DNA of 64,000 bases, taken from the human T2T-CHM13v2.0 reference genome, Homo sapiens. How positions within the stretch are numbered: position 1 is the stretch's first letter; the number at the start of each line of letters is the position of its first letter. A program made the position numbers and the translations under genes. Positions 15,364-27,470 of this stretch are shown here, piece by piece. The notes beneath the pieces were generated by a model. It did no database searches and was not told the origin of the DNA. It was given only the letters and a program-made list of their open reading frames with translations. The stretch lies in assembly GCF_009914755.1 (NCBI RefSeq), contig NC_060937.1; one strand, written 5' to 3'.

Positions 15364-15684
15364 CTGCAGCCACCTTTTTGCCCTCCCTCAGCTGGTTGGC
15401 CACGTGTTTGGGCAGCATGGCATAAAGTAAGGTCTCTGTTTTCTTCTTTTCAATGGCCAAGTGCTTGGAGAGGACCTGTAGCTCCTCCTTCTTCCTTTCC
15501 AGCTGGTTGGACAGCTCTATCTCAGCCAGCCGCTGCTGGTTCAGGAGGATGAGATCCCTGGTGGTGTCGTGGGGGGCGATGTCAGAAAGATGCATATTGA
15601 GTTCTTCCAGCTCTTGCAGGCTGCGGAGCTTCGGAGAGCACAGGTACACCATGCACCACATGGACTCCATCCAGATCATCTGGC
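15364..15684 (-). CDS. GUCY1B2: Exon 10 (321 nt) (G)QMIWMESMWCMVYLCSP...LSDIAPHDTTRDLILL...MLPKHVANQLREGKKVAA
   Basis: ggcaag|GCCAG...GCAG|gtaagg; PAS end plus coiled-coil signalling helix. Confidence 0.96.
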
Positions 15685-17487
15685 CTTGCCATCATGGAGA
15701 GAAATGCAACAGTAGAGTATGTCACCAGTAGGGACTGAGACGAGCTCGCTGGACAACCAATCATCTCCCACACTGTGTGCTTCTAGTTACTGCACAGTCA
15801 CGCTCTTTCTCTTTTACCCAAGGTCTGTGAGACCTTACTTATCTCCCCTCTGTCCCTAGCAGCTGTGTCCATTGCCTACATTGAAGTGGCTCCCATCTAT
15901 CAATGGCCTCCATGCTACCGATGCCAACACAAGTTCCTTGGCCTTTTCTTTACTCAGCCTTTCTGCTGTTTGATGATGTTAACCAGACCCTTCTTCCCGA
16001 AATCTCACTTCCTAGGACTTCTCTGACACTGCTTTCTCTCTGAGATGTCCCCTAATTCTTTGAATTTTTACTTACATTATTTTAATCTCATTCCTTAAAT
16101 GTTAGTGTTCCTGAGGGTTTTGTCTTGGTATTCTCATTTAGCATCACACAACTGCATCCTACACCATGCTGACTGCATCTGAATTTCCAGAGAAACCTTG
16201 CTTCCTGAACTCAATATGTGTATTTCTTTAAAAATAGATATGTTTGTTATGTTATTGTAAAAGCAGTACACATTCATTGCAGAAAACAAAAAAAGTGAAA
16301 GAAAATAGTAAAAATCACCCATAATCATACCACATGGATAATTACTGTTAATATTTTGTAGTATATCTTTGTTTTACAAAAAAACAGGGATTACATGGCA
16401 TCTTCTTTTCATAATCTGAATTTTTCACTTAAAATATATAACATATTCTTTCATAGTATTAAATATAGATATTCATCTTAATTTTTGCTGGTTACCTTGC
16501 TCATACTGTCTTTTATTAAATAATAAGCTAGTATTGATTATATTTTATCTAGCTTATCATTGTATAAACAACATTGTGATGAATAAGCTTGAGGCAGTCT
16601 TTGTGTATAATCATGGCTAGTTAGTTTGTTAAAAAGATATATTCTTAGACACGGGTTACTTAGACAAAGAATATCCTCATTTTTAAGGCTTTTGATACGT
16701 ATTGCCAAAATACACTCTAGGATGATTCTGACAATTAATACCTCCAGGAACAGTGTTTTTTTTTCTTCTGTTCTCCCTATTAGGTATCTGTTCATGGATA
16801 TCTGCACTGAACTCAACTTCGATCCCCTCCACAAATCTTCTCTTTCTATTAGTTCTTTCATTACATATGTAGTTAGTCCCTACGATGAGCTAGGCACACT
16901 GTTTTAAGCATTGAGGATACAGCAGTGACTCAAACTGGCAAAAATCCCTGCCTCAAGGACATTACATTATGTCTTTTTTTCAGTTAATTGCACCTTCATC
17001 ACCCAGTTACCCAATCAAGGAAGCTAATAATTATCCTAACGATTCTCTTCCACCCCCCACATCCAGTCACCAAGTCCTGCCTTAATTATCTTGTGAGTCT
17101 ATCCTCCAATTGCCACTCCAGTGCCACTGCCAGAGTTTAGCACTTTAGAGTTTCTTTCCTGGACTCCAGAAGCAGCCTCTGTCTGGCCTCCCAGGATCCA
17201 TTTTCTCTACACTGTGACCCATCCTTCACACACCTCCAGAGTGATCATTCTAAACATCAAATCTGATCATGGCAGACACTTCAGCATGTTTCCAGCTGCA
17301 TGATAGAGTTCAAGTCCTCATCTTGCCAGCCTCCTCTCCCATCACTCCACTCTACACCTCACTCGGGTTCCCAGAACATGTCATTCTCCCCTTGGACATC
17401 CCCCGAGTTCTGCCTGTGCTTATCCCTGGAATAACTAAACATCCCTCTAATAGAAAGATAGCTCAGAATGTGTGCCCTTTCAAGGCA

Positions 17488-18690
17488 TATGCAAAAATTT
17501 GCTCAAAAGGAATCAAAGACCTAAATGTAAGAGCTAAAACATAAACTCTTAAAAGAAAACATAGAAGAAAAGTTTCACAACATCAGATTTGGCAACAATT
17601 TCTTGGATATGGCACCAAAATCACTGGCAACAAAAAAGAAAATAGATAAATTGGATTTCATCAAAATTAAAATCTTTTGTGCATGAAAGGACACAACCAA
17701 CAGTGAAAAGGTAACATACAGAATATATTTGCAGATTATATATCTGATAAGAGGTTAATATTCAGAATGTACAAGAAATTCCTACAACTCAACTGCAAAA
17801 GCAAACAACTCAATTAAAAATGGACAGAAGACTTGAATAGACATTTTTCTGAAGAATAAGTAGAAATGGCCATTAACCACATGAAAAGATGCTCAATATC
17901 ACTAATCATTAGAGAAATACAAATCAAAACCACAATGAGATACCACTTCACACCCATTAAGATGGCTACTATTTTTTAAAAAGCAGATAATAAGTGTTCA
18001 TGAGGATGGTGGAGAAATTGGAACACTTGTCCATTGATGTCCATGATGGGAATGTAACATAGAGCAGCCACTATGAAAATCAGTATGGAAGTTCCTAATT
18101 TTAATAAATTAAAAATAGAATTACCATATAATCCAGCAATGCCACTTCTGGATATATATTCCAAATAAATGATGGCAGGGACTCAAAGAGATTTGTACAC
18201 CCACATTTGTAGCAGTATTATTCACAATAGCAAAGTGGTGGAAGAAATCCAACTGTCCATTGATGGGTGAATGGATACAGAAAATGTTGTATATTCATAC
18301 AGTGGAATATTATTCAGCCTTAAAAAGGCAGGAAATTCTGACACATGCTACAATATGGATGAACTTTAAAGACATTATGCTAATCGAAATAGGCCAGTCA
18401 CAAAAGGACAGGTACTGTATTATTCCACTTATATGAGGTATCTAGACTTGTCAAATTCATAGGAACAGAAGGTAGAATGCTGGTTACTGGGGAATTGAGG
18501 AAGGACAAATGAATTATTGTTTAATAGGCAGAGTTTCAGTTTTGCACAATATAAAAAAGTTCTGGAAATGGATGGTAGTGAAGGTACAACATACAACGTG
18601 TGAATGTGCTTAATACCAATGAACTGTACATTTAAAAATTATTAAAATGGTAAATTTTGTTATGTAAATTTTACTACAATTAAAAACAAA
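17488..18690 (+). mobile_element. L1MB-like 3' portion (ORF2 end plus 3' UTR)
   Basis: atcaaagacctaaatgtaagagctaaaac...caaatcaaaaccacaatgagataccacttcacaccc...gtttcagttttgcac...ttttactacaattaaaaac. Confidence 0.88.
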
Positions 18691-19065
18691 ATGTGGGCCC
18701 TACTAATAGTGAGTTAGATGATCATGTTGCTACATAAAATACAGACATTAATTTAATACCAATAGCACCTCATGCATTCTGAAAATTTTGGTAACATATC
18801 AGAATTTTATAATTACATAATGTATATACTTGTATAATTATGTATGTAACTATATTACATACATAGTTTACGTCTAAGCCAGAGATGGTTGAGGAAATAA
18901 AATATATTCTTTACAGATCAAGTCAAGTGGAAACGTCAGAAAAAAGAAAACGTGTTCTCAACGTAGCCCCTACCCTACTTTTTAGGAAATTGGAAAACTG
19001 CCTCTTCCCTTTCGGATCAATCTCTCAAACAGGTGGGGAGCAACAGGAAAGGAGTGAGTGATTAC

Positions 19066-19282
19066 CTTGAAGTTTGAGTGTAGTCCGACTTTGCCATGCT
19101 ACAGGCATCATTTCTCTTCGTGTCTTCAGGACAAATTGACTGTTGATAAATCTGCGGATGCTGAAAATGTTGAAGGTAACTTGAGGATGAATGATGGAGA
19201 AATACTCATCCAGTTGAATATTCTGGGTTTGGAGTCCTGGTACGTACTTCTGAATGTTCACTCTGGCTTGCTTCACCTGTAG
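19066..19282 (-). CDS. GUCY1B2: Exon 9 (217 nt) LQVKQARVNIQKYVPG...RTTLKLQ
   Basis: ggatag|CTACAG...CAAG|gtaatc; matches ORF 19025..19276; PAS domain. Confidence 0.92.
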
Positions 19283-20299
19283 CTATCCACAGAGGACAGA
19301 TATAAGCTGAGGAATAGAAAGCAACCTCCCTTCCCATAAACTTCCCCTTGGAAATAACATTCTAGCCATGTTCTGTGGCTCACTATCGGGAAAGGGGGTC
19401 AGTAATGGAATCAACATCATGGAAGTAATAAATTTTTTTGAAACAATCAAATCTGTGCTAATGTCTGAAAGAGAAAAGAATAATACGAGAGTGCTCAGAG
19501 GCTTATTTCCGACTAAAGAGAAATGAGGTTACAGCTCTCTGTTGGGCTAATAGTTCCTCCTTGCTCTCTGAGACAACTCTCTCTCTCACTCTCTCTATCA
19601 TTTACTAATGAAGAAACTAGCAAATTCTATAGCATTGGATCTATCACCCAGGCCTGGGTGAAGAAATCCATCAAGGGGGTGGGGGAATACCTTTCACTGC
19701 TATCTCCAGTGAACACACAGAAGGAAGAAGTAAAATAGGTGTCCTTTAAATGAGTTCCTAATCAATTCAGTTGACATATATTTTATCCATAGAAATGGAT
19801 TAACAATCAAACTTAAATAGTTATGCTCACAACTCTTACAGAGCAGTGGCTTGAGTTGGCATGACCCCTTCCCCATGTTCAAGAGGCAGAATGTGAAGCT
19901 GGGTGGGATGGAGACATACATGGTGGTCACAAGGATGGGAAGAGTTCATGGGTAGAATTCCACCCTATTGTTGCTACTGACTGTGTTCTGCTGTCTCTTT
20001 ATGTAGTGAATTTTAGTGTCACTTCCTTTTCCCCTTTTTTCTAATGGTAAACTTTCCCATGCATTCACTAGTTCAAACCTCCCTTTCTACCCTATCAAGA
20101 AGATCCTGCATAATGGATTCTGGAGGATACCACAATATGAAAAGCAAATCAATGGTCCTGCCAGGATAAAGCCTAGTCTCCCAAGCCCTGGGAATTTCTC
20201 AGGGACTTGAAAATCTCCACTGTTCATGAAGGACTGTAAATCATGCTCACTTCCCTGGCTTAGCCCCAATTCTAAGCTACAGAGGGAAGAGTCTCTTAC

Positions 20300-20403
20300 T
20301 GATTCATCGAATACAATGTGGAAAGGAAAAGCGTTGCAGAATGTCTTCTCTTCAATCCAGAGTCTCTCAGGATAAATTGGCTCAAAGGTGTTCATGAGAT
20401 GCC
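20300..20403 (-). CDS. GUCY1B2: Exon 8 (104 nt) (G)HLMNTFEPIYPERLWIEEKTFCNAFPFHIVFDES
   Basis: gtccag|GGCAT...TCA|gtaaga; FCxAFPFH motif at the start of the PAS/HNOBA domain. Confidence 0.95.
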
Positions 20404-21667
20404 CTGGACATAGAAAAAGGAAGTGCTGATGAGAAGCAGCTCCCGCCTCCACCCTTGCACAGAGCAGAGCTCGGGATAGGGATAGTATCTTAAGTGTTTC
20501 ACAAGCAAAGTGCAATCTCACTTCTTTTGCATGGACTCCCTCAGCATCTCCAGATGGCCACAGCAATTCTTCTTCCAAATTAAAACAAACAGAAAACTTG
20601 CTACCAGGTTGAGAAGCCCTCCTGCCCCCTGCCAAGTTTCTGCCTGCCGCTGAAGAGTTTCTGGGCCAATTGAGTATGTCTCGCCATGAACACAGAGTCG
20701 GCATTGAAATGGTGACAGCCAGACAATGAGCTAGCAGAGCAGAGCGTGTGCTCCGGGCCCAGCATCAGGGACATTTGCCATGGAGCTTTTTAGACTGACA
20801 GTTTTGGGTGGCACGTGAAAATTTAACCAACAGTCCTATTTGGCAGGGGGTAGAGATTCGAAATGGAGCCTTTTTGATATGAAAATCTCCTAGACAAAGG
20901 ATGTCAATTGCGTGTTTGACTCACTTGCCATGGCTTGAAGGACGCAAAATGCAGCCCTTTGAGCCCTGCAGACCTTCTCCCAGATGCGTGTCACCTGGCC
21001 CATTGAGTCGTGACGCAGAGCACCCTAACTCCCTTCTCCCAATGGATCAGAGCCCTTATTCAGACTCAGGCGTTAGGTGCTAATCGTTAGACGGGCTCAG
21101 TGCCCACAGGGGTACCTTAGCAAGCCTAATGCCTGCATTTTGCAAATGAGAAGATGGAGACTCTTGTCCAGGGTCACACAGCTCCTTAGGCACAGAGCCA
21201 GAAACTTGCTTTCTTGGCTCTTGATCTAGTGTCCTTTGCTTGGGCGACTAGGGTTGTTATCCACAGATCTCCAGTCCAGAAATGTGTCCAAATGGAGAAG
21301 GCCTGACTGCAGAAGACGAGCTGTGGAAAATTCATTGTTCCTGATGGCACATCAGTGCTCATCTTCCTTCTCTCCACCCATCACCTGTTGGGAGTGATTC
21401 CAATTGTGTCTCCAAAAACTTTTTCTTAGGACAGGGGAGATGATGTCTCCATGTCACCCGGCACAAATAATGAGAGGCAATGGAAGGACAATTAGAGCCT
21501 GACATTTTAAAGTTAAAAACCATGGTCACCAAATCCAAGCTTTGCAGAAACTAGTGCCAACACAATCACAGAGGGCTTGGCCCTGTCAGTGTACACTGGC
21601 CACTACTCCTGAGAATCAAGCAATCTTTCTGATCTCAGAGCTGAGCTTGGGAGAATCACTCACTTAC

Positions 21668-21779
21668 CTTTTCCAAACATGACTATGCTTCTCACAACAT
21701 CCCAGTGGGATTTTTTCACAGGACAAGCAGAGACATTCAAATATTTCTCCTTCATCTTGAGGAAAGCTGCCTGGAGGGC
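21668..21779 (-). CDS. GUCY1B2: Exon 7 (112 nt) ALQAAFLKMKEKYLNVSACPVKKSHWDVVRSIVMFGK
   Basis: ctgcag|GCCCTC...AAAG|gtaagt; open frame, phase 0 in and phase 1 out, consistent with neighbours. Confidence 0.9.
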
Positions 21780-22467
21780 CTGCAGGTGGCAGGGAGACAG
21801 GTACCTGGTCACATGACTGGAGAAGCACAAACCCCATTTGCTGTGATGGGGTCCACCTTTAAATAAGGAACTGTATCCATGGCCAGAGGAACAGCATGAG
21901 GGCTTACAAGATCACTTCTACCAAGACTTTAGCGTTCCCGGTATTTTTTAATCAAATTAGTCCTCATGCTGTTTCTCTATCAAAGAAAGCAATAACTTTT
22001 TAGAAAATCTCAAGAGGGAACTAGGATGATATCTGGCAAGAAAATCATGCACGAACATTTCTTCCTGTGGTTGAAGATTCTGCAGTGAACAGACTCTGAG
22101 ATGGACTTTGAAAATACTCTAAGGAATCAGAGACTAATCCTAATCTGGGTATTTTCACAAGCTATGTGCATGGAGAGCTGTTCAGCTAACATACATGGTA
22201 ACTTAAGCAGGTAATGATCACCCTATCAGTTGCAACTGGGGTGGCCAAGTACAGAGTCTTGAGTTGACTCAGGACCTATGACTGGTTCCAGCTGCAGAAG
22301 TGGGCACTGAAGACTGGAAAGATCAATTTATTTGAGGAGGATTGAAAAAAAAAAGCCATCAAATTCAAATTTCAAACCCTTCATATGGTTATTGTTATAG
22401 GTGAAAAATTGTCCAGGCTCAGGTGCATCCCAGAATGCTTCCCAGTATATATCCACTTAACCTTAAC

Positions 22468-22710
22468 CCAGCAATTCTCAACTGGGAATGATTTTATCCA
22501 TTACCCCCACTACGCAGACACTTGGCAATGCCAGGAGACATTTCTTTTTCTTTCTTTTTTGTTTTGCCACAAATGAGGGGATGAGGTTCTACTAGTAGGA
22601 AAAGACCAGGGCTGCTGCTAAGCACACTATGACGTGAAAGACACCCCATCAACACCAAAGAATTATCTGGTTCAAAATGTCAGCAGTGCCAAAACTGAGA
22701 AACTCTGCCT
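22468..22710. mobile_element. MER20-like hAT DNA transposon relic
   Basis: cagcaattctcaactgggaatgatttt...gacacttggcaatgccaggagacattt...aaaatgtcagcagtgccaaaactgagaaactctg resembles the MER20 consensus. Confidence 0.7.
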
Positions 22711-22736
22711 TAATTCCACTATTAGAAGGTCCAGTT

Positions 22737-22818
22737 GGTCTCCCATCCAAGCACTAACCAGGACCAACCCTGCTTAACTTCCGAGATCAGTCACGTTCAG
22801 GGTGGTATAGCCGCAGAC
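22737..22818 (-). pseudogene. 5S rRNA pseudogene (about nt 1-92 of 5S, 10-nt internal deletion, 3' truncated)
   Basis: Minus strand reads GTCTGCGGCTATACCACCCTGAACGTGACTGATCTCGGAAGTTAAGCAGGGTTGGTCCTGGTTAGTGCTTGGATGGGAGACC, matching human 5S rRNA (GTCTACGGCCATACCACCCTGAACG...). Confidence 0.95.
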
Positions 22819-23075
22819 ACTCGTAAGTGGGAGGTGAACAGTGAGAACACATGGACACAGGGAGAGGAGAATCACACGCCGGGGCCTGTCAGGGGGCAGG
22901 GGGCAAGGAGAGGGAGAGCATTAGGACAAATACCTAATGCATGTGGGGCTTAAAACCTAGTTGATAGGTACAGCAAACCACCATGACACATGCATACCTA
23001 TGTAACACACCTACACATTCAAAACATGTAACCCAGAACTTAAAGGAAAACGTAAAAAACAAAAACAAAAACAAA
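22819..23075 (+). mobile_element. L1PA (L1PA7/8-like) 3' end with A-rich tail, fused to the 5S copy
   Basis: gagaacacatggacacaggg...gcattaggacaaatacctaatgcatgtggggcttaaaacctag...cccagaacttaaag plus (A4-5C)n tail; shares TSD aaggtccagttg with the 5S copy. Confidence 0.9.
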
Positions 23076-23173
23076 AAGGTCCAGTTGATTCTGTTGTTTG
23101 CATAGATTTTTCCAAGACTCGTAGCTCTACTTAAGTGCAACTGTTCTTTCTAAAGGCACAGCAAACCCAGTAC

Positions 23174-23370
23174 CTCTTGGTCTCTCTCCATGCCCTGACT
23201 GTCTTGTAACCTTTTTGGCTTTGTCTTTCTCATCTTCCTGTGAGCCTTCTGTACAATCAGAAACACAACATGCTCCTTCTTCCCTGTCCTCTCCACTTCT
23301 TCATTCATGTCAAGAATGTCCATGATTACATCAATATCAAAGAAGTCTTTGGCCACAGCCTCAATGATAC
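23174..23370 (-). CDS. GUCY1B2: Exon 6 (197 nt) (G)IIEAVAKDFFDIDV...MERDQE
   Basis: ctgcag|GTATC...GAG|gtactg; matches ORF 23150..23356; end of H-NOX plus linker. Confidence 0.93.
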
Positions 23371-23771
23371 CTGCAGCAGAAGGACACCTATTGTCGAGGG
23401 ATGGCCGAAGGCAACTTTATCAGCAAAAATCATAAAATAATCAAATGGCAAAACTTCTGATGAATATTCTGAAGTTCACCAAGCCCAGGCCCTGCTTCAA
23501 ATCAGACATCAGTGACAGCCAATTAAATAAAAATATGCAGAGACTGAAGTTATACATGTTTGGATACCAAATATATCCATGCCACTTTAATTTCTAGTTT
23601 GGCATCTATTCATTTGTTTGTTATTTCAGGTAGGCATTTAACTCATTAAACAAACAAATAAACCTAGAGATAATGTAAGCAAAATTCAGTTGTAAAAGCA
23701 TTAAGGATCAAGTTCAAAAAAGTGTTCCCCTGGGAATCTATCCCAGGGTTATATACAAAATATAGGGAAAG

Positions 23772-24102
<331 letters not shown>

Positions 24103-24559
24103 TCATGATAGCACTGTTTACAAAAGCAAACGATTAGTATCAATGGAAAATTTAATAATAGGGGATTAGTTAAGATAATTACAATATGGAATATCATTCG
24201 GCCATTTAATATGTGGTTTTAAAGATTATGTGGAAACATGCTTTTTCTACAATGCTAAATGCAAATAAAAAGCTGATACAAAATAATATACGCAGAATTA
24301 TCACAACTATGTAAAAGCCTGTATGATTTAAAATGTTGAAAGAAAAGTACAAATTACTCATTTTTGTGGAATTTTGGAAACTTATTTTAAAAGCTCAAGG
24401 ACATTGGGAGCAGTGGTCAAGATGATATGAAGTCACACATTCTAAGAGTTTTAACTTCTTACCCGTAGCCAGTTATTAGCCATCCTGGAGAATCTATGGG
24501 GAAACCTTCCTCACTTCAGAAGCCCCATAGCTCTGCGGCCAGCTAAGCCATTTCCATAC

Positions 24560-24659
24560 CTGGTACAATGTGGCACAGACCACTTCTATCCGAGTAGCAA
24601 TGGAGAAACATTTTCCCATCTGCTCCTCTCTCCACACGAAACGATGGTGCATTCATCTC
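24560..24659 (-). CDS. GUCY1B2: Exon 5 (100 nt) EMNAPSFRVERGADGKMFLHCYSDRSGLCHIVP
   Basis: aattag|GAGATG...CCAG|gtatgg; APSF motif and YxSxR region of H-NOX. Confidence 0.95.
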
Positions 24660-25197
24660 CTAATTAAAAGACACACATTTTTCCCAGTGGACACAAATTG
24701 TGTAAATTATGCTTTTGACGCTTTGTGAAACAATAGTATTTACCCATTACATCATACAGAGCTATATGCCAACCCTCTCTCCAATCACATAGAAACTCCC
24801 ACTGTTTCTGCTCCTGTATGTCAGGAATTTTATACTATACCTACTGTACTTTAAACAACTCTATATGGCAAGTACTAGTTCCATTTGAAGAGGAAGAAAC
24901 TGAGGCTCAGGGAAGGCAAACCTAGGTTAATGGTAGAACAACATTTGATTCCCAAATGAGCCTTTGCACCGTGCCATGCTGTTTCTACCCATATTCCAAA
25001 AGCAGCTGTCTGCTGGTAACAGGAAGCCTTAGTGAGTTTCCGCCGCGCTTGGCCTGTGACCAAGTGACCATGGGCATCTTCACTTTCCAACACATCAGGG
25101 AATCAGAGAATTTGCAAGTAGAATTAATCAATGTCTTGTTCTGAAAGGATAATGTCTTCTGTGATATCAATTTGAACATTTAGAAAGTAGAACCTTC

Positions 25198-25495
<298 letters not shown>

Positions 25496-25775
25496 TCAAG
25501 GATACATCAGAAGAGATCCTCCCCTTTCTCCAGAAATGTTGACATTCAAGTACCTATCATTTCACAGTAAATGAGATGTATACTAGGAAAGAAGGATAGA
25601 GATTTTGCCTAGGGGAGTCTCTAGCTAGTTAGAGGGCAACTCAGCACCCTGGACACACAGCTTTTGGTCCAAGTGAGGGAATAGGTAAAGGAGATGGGTT
25701 CCTTCCAAGATCTTTGTCGTCTTCCATGGTGAAATGTTGTTAGTTAAAATGGGTTTCTTTTTTTTCCCCAAATAC

Positions 25776-26114
25776 TTTTTTATTTTTATTTTTTTTAATT
25801 TTTTATTTATTTTTATTTTTTTGAGATAGAGTCATGCTCTGTTGCCCAGGCTGGAATGCAGTGGCACGGTAACGGCTCACTGCAGCCTCTGCCTCCTAGG
25901 CTCAAATGATCTTCCCACCTCAGGCTTCTGAGTAGCTGGGATTACAGTCACGCCACCTCCATGCCCAGCTACTTTTTTTTTTTTTGTATTGTTTGTGGAA
26001 ATGTGGCTTTGCTGTGTTGCCCAGGCTGGTCTCAAACTCCCGGGCATAAATGATCTTGTCCACCTCGGCTTCCAAAAGTGCTAAGATTACAGGCATGAGC
26101 CACCACGCCCAGCC
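25776..26114 (-). mobile_element. AluJ-like
   Basis: Diverged Alu (ggctcaaatgatcttcccacctcag); caaatact on both sides. Confidence 0.92.
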
Positions 26115-26533
26115 CTCAAATACTATTTTTTTCTAATTCCAAAAGTATGTACCTAGAGAAAGTACATATATTTATCTGTATGTATGTGTGTTTACATCTT
26201 GACAAAATGTAAAGAGTAGTTGAGGCAGCACATATAAAAAGCATAAATAAAATAGGAAATTAACAGTTAATTTAAAAATTATATCCAAATCCTACATAGT
26301 GAAAATAAAGTAACAGAATACAGAGGCCTGAAAGAAAGTCCACGTGATCCTGCTTCATGCCCCTCACTCCTTACCCCCTGCCCAGAGACACTTCCAAAAG
26401 TTCATGCTTTTAGTTCTTCTGGTCAATGTCACTAAGTCTCTAAATAATATAATTACACTTTTATTTCTTGCTTCAAATAGGGCTTTTTAAAAGTGGAGAA
26501 TTAGGGCAAAGAATAACAGAATAAAAAAAATGC

Positions 26534-27103
26534 TTTTGCCTAAAGAGACAATCTATAATACTTTGCCCAGAATAAAGCACTATATAGCCGTTAGGTATCA
26601 TTACAGAACAGAATAGAAAGCCCAGAAATAAGGCTGTACACCTAAAGCCACGTGATCTTTGACAAAGTTCTTATTGTTCCAAAGAATAATGAGAACAGCA
26701 CAGGGCAGGATCTTTGGAGACAGGTGTGGGTTTGGGTCCAGCTCAGCCACCATGCCTGGGTGATTTGGGGACAGTTACTTGAACTTTCCGGACCTCAGTT
26801 TTCTCATCCGTATAACAGGAAAAATAAGACTGCCTACTCTTATGGCATCAAGAAGGTAAGTCAATGTTGACACATTACTTAGCCCAACACCTGCCTCATA
26901 ATTAGCACTCAATGAAGTTTGGCCAAAGCATAACAAGATTAAAGGCTCAGTTATAACCAGAAATGTATACCTTAAAGGCACTGCCAAATTACTAGATAGA
27001 CACAAAAAAAGTGAACATTATCTTACGTTGTTATTTTTGCCTAAAGAGACAATCTATAATACTTTGCCCAGAATAAAGCACTATATAGCTGTTAGGTATC
27101 ATT
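26534..27103 (+). repeat. 69-bp direct repeat (26534-26602 and 27035-27103, one mismatch)
   Basis: ttttgcctaaagagacaatctataatactttgcccagaataaagcactatatagcYgttaggtatcatt occurs twice. Confidence 0.95.
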
Positions 27104-27218
27104 GCATGTATTTTCTTCCAACTTGTATATTATAATATTTAAATATTTTATTTACCTCATTATGTGCAAAATGTCCTCAAATACCACCAGATAAGTTCTA
27201 TTCTATTGCTTCTCTAGC

Positions 27219-27470
27219 ATCACTTATAAGTGAGAGCTAAATATTGAATACACATAGACATAAAGATGGCAACAACAGACATCGGGAACTACTAGAGGAG
27301 GGAGGAAGGGATAGGGTCGAGGGTTGAAAAACTATTGGGTACTATGCTCACTACCTGGGTGTTAGCGTCAATCATACCCCAAACCTCAGCATCATGCAAT
27401 AGACCCATGTAAAAAACCTGCATATGTACCCTCTGAATCTTTTTTAAAAAATTGAAATTATAAAAAAGCA
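27219..27470 (+). mobile_element. L1 3' end (L1PA15/16 or L1PB-like)
   Basis: tcacttataagtgagagctaa...gggttgaaaaactattgggtactatgctcactacctggg...aacctgcatatgtaccctctgaatct. Confidence 0.85.

Noticed and set aside
18838-18866. Short inverted repeat tatgtatgtaa / ttacatacata
   Set aside because: 11-bp arms in AT-rich low-complexity DNA; expected by chance.
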